Origin: an uncultured Desulfobacterales bacterium
Lineage (GTDB): Bacteria > Desulfobacterota > Desulfobacteria > Desulfobacterales > 4572-123
Assembly: GCA_942490765.1 (NCBI GenBank)
Contig: CALNYM010000006.1
Location: 165 to 64,164 of the forward strand
Reading direction: 5' to 3'
Length of the DNA stretch: 64,000 nt
Shown: positions 58,107 through 64,000 of the stretch, piece after piece
How positions within the stretch are numbered: the stretch's first letter is position 1
How the letters are laid out: each line of letters begins with the position of its first letter
Notes under the pieces: model-generated
What the model was told of the DNA's origin: nothing
The model's input: the letters and a program-made list of their open reading frames with translations, nothing else
Database searches by the model: none
Translations under genes and position numbers: made by a program

Positions 58107-59326
58107 AGATGAGTTTGATTGTTCAAAAATTCGGCGGCACTTCGGTGGCTGATATTGAGCGGATAAGAAATGTTGCCGGACGGGTGACCCGTGTTTTTGA
58201 CCAGGGCAACGATGTCGTGGTAATCCTATCGGCCATGGCCGGTGTCACCGACAACCTTATCAAACTGGCCGGCCAGGCATCTGCCGCGCCCAGTAAACGG
58301 GAACTGGATGTTCTGCTGGCAACGGGTGAACAGACCACGGCAGCGCTGCTGGCCATGATGCTTCGGGACATGAACTACCCGGCGCAATCCCTTCTGGGCT
58401 ATCAGGCAGAGGTGGCTACCGACGGTACTTTCGGTAATGCCCGGATTCTCGGCATTGGCCCCGGCCCCATCATGGATATGGTTAAAAAACACACGATAGC
58501 CGTGGTGGCGGGTTTCCAGGGCTGTGACCCCGACGGCAACATTACAACACTCGGACGCGGCGGTTCCGATACTTCTGCCGTTGCCATTGCATCGGCACTG
58601 GATGCCGATATGTGTGAGATCTATACCGATGTCGACGGGATCTATACAACGGATCCGAACATATGCTCCCGGGCCAGAAAAATTGATAAAATATGTTACG
58701 AAGAGATGCTTGAAATGGCAAGCCTGGGTGCCAAGGTTCTCCAGATCCGATCGGTTGAGGTAGCCAAAAAATACAAGGTCGCGGTACATGTCAGGTCATC
58801 TTTCAGCGAGGAGGAAGGAACAATGGTTGTCAGTGAAGACTCCGGAATGGAGCGGCTGGTGGTTTCCGGCATAACCTGCAATAAAAACGAAGCCCGCATT
58901 ACCCTCCGAAAAGTTCCCGACCGACCGGGAATCGCAGCGGCTGTTTTTACCCCCATTGCGGAAGCGGGCATTCAGGTCGATATGATTGTTCAAAATACAC
59001 GTTCAAATGGAAAAAATGACCTGACGTTCACCGTGCCGGTTGAAGATTATGATACGGCCATGGAAATTGGAAATAAGATCGGTGCCGAAATCGGTGCCGA
59101 GGAGGTGCTGGGCGATAAAAACATTGCCAAGGTATCGGTGGTGGGTGTGGGCATGAAGAATCATTCCGGGGTGGCGGCTAAAATGTTCAGCACCCTGTCG
59201 GCGGAAAACATCAACATCCGTTTGATCACGACCTCTGAAATCAGAATTTCCTGCGTGATTACGGAAAAATATGCCGAACTGGCGGTTCGGGCCCTGCATA
59301 CGGCTTTTGGTCTGGATAAAGAGTGA
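58103..59326 (+). CDS. lysC: aspartate kinase
   Basis: VQKFGGTSV, TLGRGGSD. Two C-terminal ACT domains. Confidence 0.9.
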   Translation: MKMSLIVQKFGGTSVADIERIRNVAGRVTRVFDQGNDVVVILSAMAGVTDNLIKLAGQASAAPSKRELDVLLATGEQTTAALLAMMLRDMNYPAQSLLGYQAEVATDGTFGNARILGIGPGPIMDMVKKHTIAVVAGFQGCDPDGNITTLGRGGSDTSAVAIASALDADMCEIYTDVDGIYTTDPNICSRARKIDKICYEEMLEMASLGAKVLQIRSVEVAKKYKVAVHVRSSFSEEEGTMVVSEDSGMERLVVSGITCNKNEARITLRKVPDRPGIAAAVFTPIAEAGIQVDMIVQNTRSNGKNDLTFTVPVEDYDTAMEIGNKIGAEIGAEEVLGDKNIAKVSVVGVGMKNHSGVAAKMFSTLSAENINIRLITTSEIRISCVITEKYAELAVRALHTAFGLDKE

Positions 59327-59520
59327 TGGCGTCGTAAAAAGTCTCCATCTACTGCGTTATAGCGGTTGTCCAGAGACGCGACTTTATCTCAGGTCGACGG
59401 TAAGAGGTTGTTTAGACGGAAGGTTAAAGGCATTTTGCCTATTTGACAGGCGGCATTACCTTCGGCCTTCTACCTGTATATCCGATTTTTACTTAGATAG
59501 CTCAAATAACGTGTGCGAGA
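59325..59520 (+). repeat. R2 repeat, copy d
   Basis: Starts inside the lysC TGA (59324-59326). Contains the aaggcattttgcctatttgacagg module. Confidence 0.85.
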
Positions 59521-59543
59521 GCATGAAAGTTAGGAGCGGGGGC

Positions 59544-59639
59544 ATGAAACGGTTTAAACAGGATCAACTGCTTTTTGTGCTGGTCCTTGGTGGCTGTATT
59601 CTGGTGGTTATCTGTGCCCGGCATTTTTTGGGTTTCTAA
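59544..59639 (+). CDS. possible 31-aa hydrophobic peptide
   Basis: AGGAG 8 nt upstream of the ATG. MKRFKQDQLLFVLVLGGCILVVICARHFLGF (one TM segment). Confidence 0.25.
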   Translation: MKRFKQDQLLFVLVLGGCILVVICARHFLGF

Positions 59640-59851
59640 AAATTGTTGGCATACCCTGTCAAAGCTATAACCACACTGAATATTGAAGTTGGGAAGTGAG
59701 CATTTGTGGTATCGCTTTGCTCTGTCTTTTGGTGGGCACAGCCCACCCTACAATGACCTGAACCTGAAACCCAGTACCCATAAACCAAGATGCATTGTAA
59801 TCTGCTTGATCTACGGATTAAAATAGGCAGAATGCCTTCACTTCTCAATAG

Positions 59852-60607
59852 TCACTTTTCCCTTGTCAACGCCTCTTCAATCTCCCGGGCGATCTTTTCG
59901 GCAATGTAGATGGGATCGTCGGCATCCCGAATGGGCCGCCCGATAACAAGATAATCGGATCCGTTGGCAATGGCCTGGGCCGGCGTTGTAATTCTTCGCT
60001 GGTCATCCTGGCCGGCAACGGTGCTAAGGGGCCGGATACCCGGGGTGACCGCTAAAAATTTTTTCCCCAGCTGCTGCTTGATGGCTTTGACTTCAAGACC
60101 CGAGCAGACCACGCCGCTGCACCCGGCGGCTTTGGCCATGGCCGCTCTTTTCATTACCAGGGCAGAGAGGGTGTCACAATATTCCTGTCGGAACCCGGCC
60201 CGGCGGATATCGTCGCTGTCCACGCTGGTTAACACCGTTACGCCCAGAACCCCCACCCGGCCATGGCTGCCCTTGACGGCGGCTTCCAGCATGGCGGCGT
60301 TTTCACCGCAATGTACCGTGGCCAGATCAACGTTCAGATCGGCAATTCTTTCCATGGCCCGGAACACGGTGGCCGGGATATCGTGCAGTTTCAGATCCAT
60401 AAAAATGCCGGCCCGGGTGCTGTCTTGAATCAGACGGATCAGCGTCGGGCCCGACCGGATGAACAGCTCCAGTCCCACCTTGAACATCCCCACATAATCA
60501 CCCAGCAGTTCCACATAGTGCCGGGCCTGTTCCACCGAAGGCACATCCAGGGGAAAGATGATGGCGTCCTTGCCTTTTTTATTTTTTATTTTCGACGTGT
60601 TGTCCAT
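59852..60607 (-). CDS. pyrF: orotidine 5'-phosphate decarboxylase
   Basis: FMDLKLHDIP, VIGRPI. Confidence 0.9.
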   Translation of the reverse strand: MDNTSKIKNKKGKDAIIFPLDVPSVEQARHYVELLGDYVGMFKVGLELFIRSGPTLIRLIQDSTRAGIFMDLKLHDIPATVFRAMERIADLNVDLATVHCGENAAMLEAAVKGSHGRVGVLGVTVLTSVDSDDIRRAGFRQEYCDTLSALVMKRAAMAKAAGCSGVVCSGLEVKAIKQQLGKKFLAVTPGIRPLSTVAGQDDQRRITTPAQAIANGSDYLVIGRPIRDADDPIYIAEKIAREIEEALTREK

Positions 60608-61649
60608 AGTGCTCCTTGATCCAGGTCATATATTCCCCGCTTTTGATCCTTGCCGCCCAGGCCTGGTTATCCAGATACCATGAAATGGTCTTTTTGATGC
60701 CGCTGGAAAAGGATTCCAGGGGAACCCATCCCAGTTCCGTTTCGATTTTGCTGCAATCAATGGCATATCGAAGGTCATGCCCCGGACGATCATTTACAAA
60801 GGTAATCAGACGCCTGCGCGGCCCGATACGGGCATCAGGGGTGATATCATCCAGGATATCACAGATGATGTTCACCACATCAATATTGAATTTTTCGCAC
60901 CGGCCGCCGATATTATAGGTTTCTCCCCGGGTGCCGTGGCACATGACCGCCCAGATGGCCCGGCAGTGATCCATGACGTACAGCCAGTCCCGGACATTAC
61001 GGCCGTCACCGTAGACCGGCAGCGCCTTACCTTCCAGGGCATTAAACGTGACAAGGGGGATCAGTTTTTCAGGAAACTGGTATGGGCCGTAATTGTTGGA
61101 ACAGTTGGAAAGGGTCACCGGAAGATCATAGGTGCGGTTGTAGGCTTTTACAAGATGATCCGAAGCGGCCTTGGACGCTGAATAGGGGCTGCTGGGGTCA
61201 TAGGGTGTGTGCTCTGTGAAAAAGCCCGTTTCCCCGAGGCTGCCGTAGACCTCATCCGTGCTGACATGGTGAAACAGTTTCATCCGGGCCTGGTTTTTCC
61301 GGGCCTGTTCCAGAAGATTGAATGTACCTGTGATGTTGGTCTGGATAAAGGCGTCGGGGGCTGCTATGGACCGGTCCACGTGGGACTCGGCAGCAAAATG
61401 GCAGATGGTGTCAACCGTGTAGGTCTGAAAAATGTCAGCGAGTATGTCCTGGTTACAGATGTCTGCTTTGATAAAAACATACCGATGGGGAAATTTTTTT
61501 TCGATGCCGGCAAGGTTTTCAATGTTGCCGGCATATGTCAGGTTGTCCAGATTAATGATTTTTCCTGAAAAATCGGATGCTTCCAGAAGAAATCGGATAA
61601 AGTTGGAGCCAATAAAGCCGCACCCGCCGGTCACCAGCATGTTTTTCAT
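60579..61649 (-). CDS. rfbB: dTDP-glucose 4,6-dehydratase
   Basis: VTGGCGFIGSNF, YSASKAASDHL. Confidence 0.9.
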   Translation of the reverse strand: MKNMLVTGGCGFIGSNFIRFLLEASDFSGKIINLDNLTYAGNIENLAGIEKKFPHRYVFIKADICNQDILADIFQTYTVDTICHFAAESHVDRSIAAPDAFIQTNITGTFNLLEQARKNQARMKLFHHVSTDEVYGSLGETGFFTEHTPYDPSSPYSASKAASDHLVKAYNRTYDLPVTLSNCSNNYGPYQFPEKLIPLVTFNALEGKALPVYGDGRNVRDWLYVMDHCRAIWAVMCHGTRGETYNIGGRCEKFNIDVVNIICDILDDITPDARIGPRRRLITFVNDRPGHDLRYAIDCSKIETELGWVPLESFSSGIKKTISWYLDNQAWAARIKSGEYMTWIKEHYGQHVENKK

Positions 61650-61680
61650 CGTACACTCCCGGTTACGCGGTTGTCATAAA

Positions 61681-62766
<1,086 letters not shown>

Positions 62767-63015
62767 TCAAGATCTTTCATAGTCGTTCCCCACAGGGCAA
62801 ATTGTTTATAGATGAGCGATAGATAACATGAGTGTAAAATGCTTTCAACAACCTTCTTTTGAGTCGGGATAACCCTATCCGACAAATATTCGGTCGTCTG
62901 GATCTGTATCCGATGACAGCGGCTTGCAAAAAAGCCGCCATCCGGGTACAAAGGAAAACAGGGATCGACAATTCAGAAAACCCGGGCATCGGTCATGAAC
63001 CATCAAAAGCGGCCT

Positions 63016-64000
63016 ATGAGTCTGAATAACTTAAAACAAAACTGGGACCTTATCATTATCGGGGGCGGCATTACGGGGGCGGGCATTCTTCGTGAAGCCC
63101 GTGGTCTGGGGCTGGATGCGCTGCTGCTGGAACAAAACGATTTTACCTGGGGCACCTCCAGCCGTTCTTCCAAACTGGTCCATGGCGGGCTGCGGTATCT
63201 CGAACAGGGCCGGTTGCACCTGACCCGGGCATCGGTCATTGAGCGGGAACACCTGTTGCAGGAGGCACCGGGCCTGGTGGAACCGCTGGAATTTCTGGTG
63301 CCTGTTTTTTATCATCAAAAACCCGGCCGTCTGGCCCTGAAAACAGCGCTTGGCCTGTATGATCTGATTGCCTTGAAACGCGGGCATCGGTATTATCCCA
63401 AAGACCGGTTCATGCGCCTTGTCCCGGGGGTCCGGCGTACCGGCCTGCTCGGCGGTTACGGTTTTTTCGATGCCCAGGCGGATGACTGCCGACTGGTTCT
63501 GCGGTTGCTCGGCGAAGCGGTGGCCGCCGGTGCCGCTGTTTTGAATTATACCCGGGCCGTTGTGATTCTGCGGGATGAAAATGGGCATGTCAAGGGTGTC
63601 AGGGCCAGGGACATGGAAAGCGGCATTACCCGTGAATTGACCACCCTGGCCGTCATCAATGCCACCGGCGTCTGGGCCGAGGGCCTGCATCCGTTACCTG
63701 AAAAGAAGCGGCATCTGCGGCCCCTGCGCGGCAGTCACCTTATCTTGCCAAGGACGGTGTTGCCCCTCACATGCGGTATCAGTTTCCGCCACCCTGCCGA
63801 CCATCGCAGTGTTTTTGCCGTTCCCTGGGAAAATGTGATTCTGGTGGGTACCACGGATATTGATCATGACCAGGACCTTTTTGCCGAACCGGCCATCACC
63901 GTCAAAGAGGCGGCGTATCTCCTGGACGGTATTCGGTCCGTTTTTCCCTCCGGAAGGGCCATTTCCGCCAGTGACTGCATCGCCACCCTTGCGGGGGTCA
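63016..64000 (+). CDS. glpD: FAD-dependent glycerol-3-phosphate dehydrogenase, N-terminal part (runs off the right edge)
   Basis: DLIIIGGGITGAGI FAD fold, GTSSRSSKLVHGGLRYL. The frame stays open to 64000. Confidence 0.85.
   Translation, partial: MSLNNLKQNWDLIIIGGGITGAGILREARGLGLDALLLEQNDFTWGTSSRSSKLVHGGLRYLEQGRLHLTRASVIEREHLLQEAPGLVEPLEFLVPVFYHQKPGRLALKTALGLYDLIALKRGHRYYPKDRFMRLVPGVRRTGLLGGYGFFDAQADDCRLVLRLLGEAVAAGAAVLNYTRAVVILRDENGHVKGVRARDMESGITRELTTLAVINATGVWAEGLHPLPEKKRHLRPLRGSHLILPRTVLPLTCGISFRHPADHRSVFAVPWENVILVGTTDIDHDQDLFAEPAITVKEAAYLLDGIRSVFPSGRAISASDCIATLAGV

Overview
This 64-kb chromosomal window looks like a sulfate-reducing deltaproteobacterium of the Desulfobacterales type. That inference rests on a DsrC with the C-terminal CxxxxxxxxxxCV tail, an AhbA/B-like siroheme decarboxylase subunit, a tungstate-type ABC transporter and a glycyl-radical enzyme. 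It cannot be proven without a database search. I found no rRNA, tRNA, CRISPR array, transposase or integrase. The left 5.5 kb is an accessory island. It holds four type II toxin-antitoxin modules, all on the minus strand: a TacA antitoxin with a truncated TacT toxin, RelBE, MazEF and VapBC. The modules are separated by ORF-free arrays built from GTTATYG heptads. The rest is mostly housekeeping: wecB plus an epimerase, an acyl-CoA ligase, cysQ, tupABC, a two-ATPase DUF2160-type (glycerol-like) ABC importer, dsrC, miaA, ppiB, a histidine kinase/response regulator pair, a glycyl-radical enzyme with its activase and an EamA exporter, truA, a ClC channel, kpsF-pfk, waaA, fba, mazG, phoH-pgpH-ybeY, pdxJ-tsaE-lysC, pyrF, rfbB, leuB and glpD. 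Two families of MITE/REP-like palindromic repeats (R1 and R2) pepper the intergenic regions. Their conserved TGA-containing termini supply the stop codons of four genes, and inverted R1 pairs bracket two single genes. Other points worth a second look are listed here.
- A 60-codon zinc-ribbon ORF has one in-frame TGA followed by an fdhF-like SECIS hairpin.
- A 130-nt structured repeat shows a compensatory stem change between its two copies.
- A 55-nt motif sits exactly 207 nt upstream of two unrelated operons.
- The pgpH-like gene is frameshifted at a C8 tract.
- The ABC ATPase pair has one degenerate ATP site.
All coordinates and alignments were done by hand from the sequence. Family assignments rest on recognised motifs.
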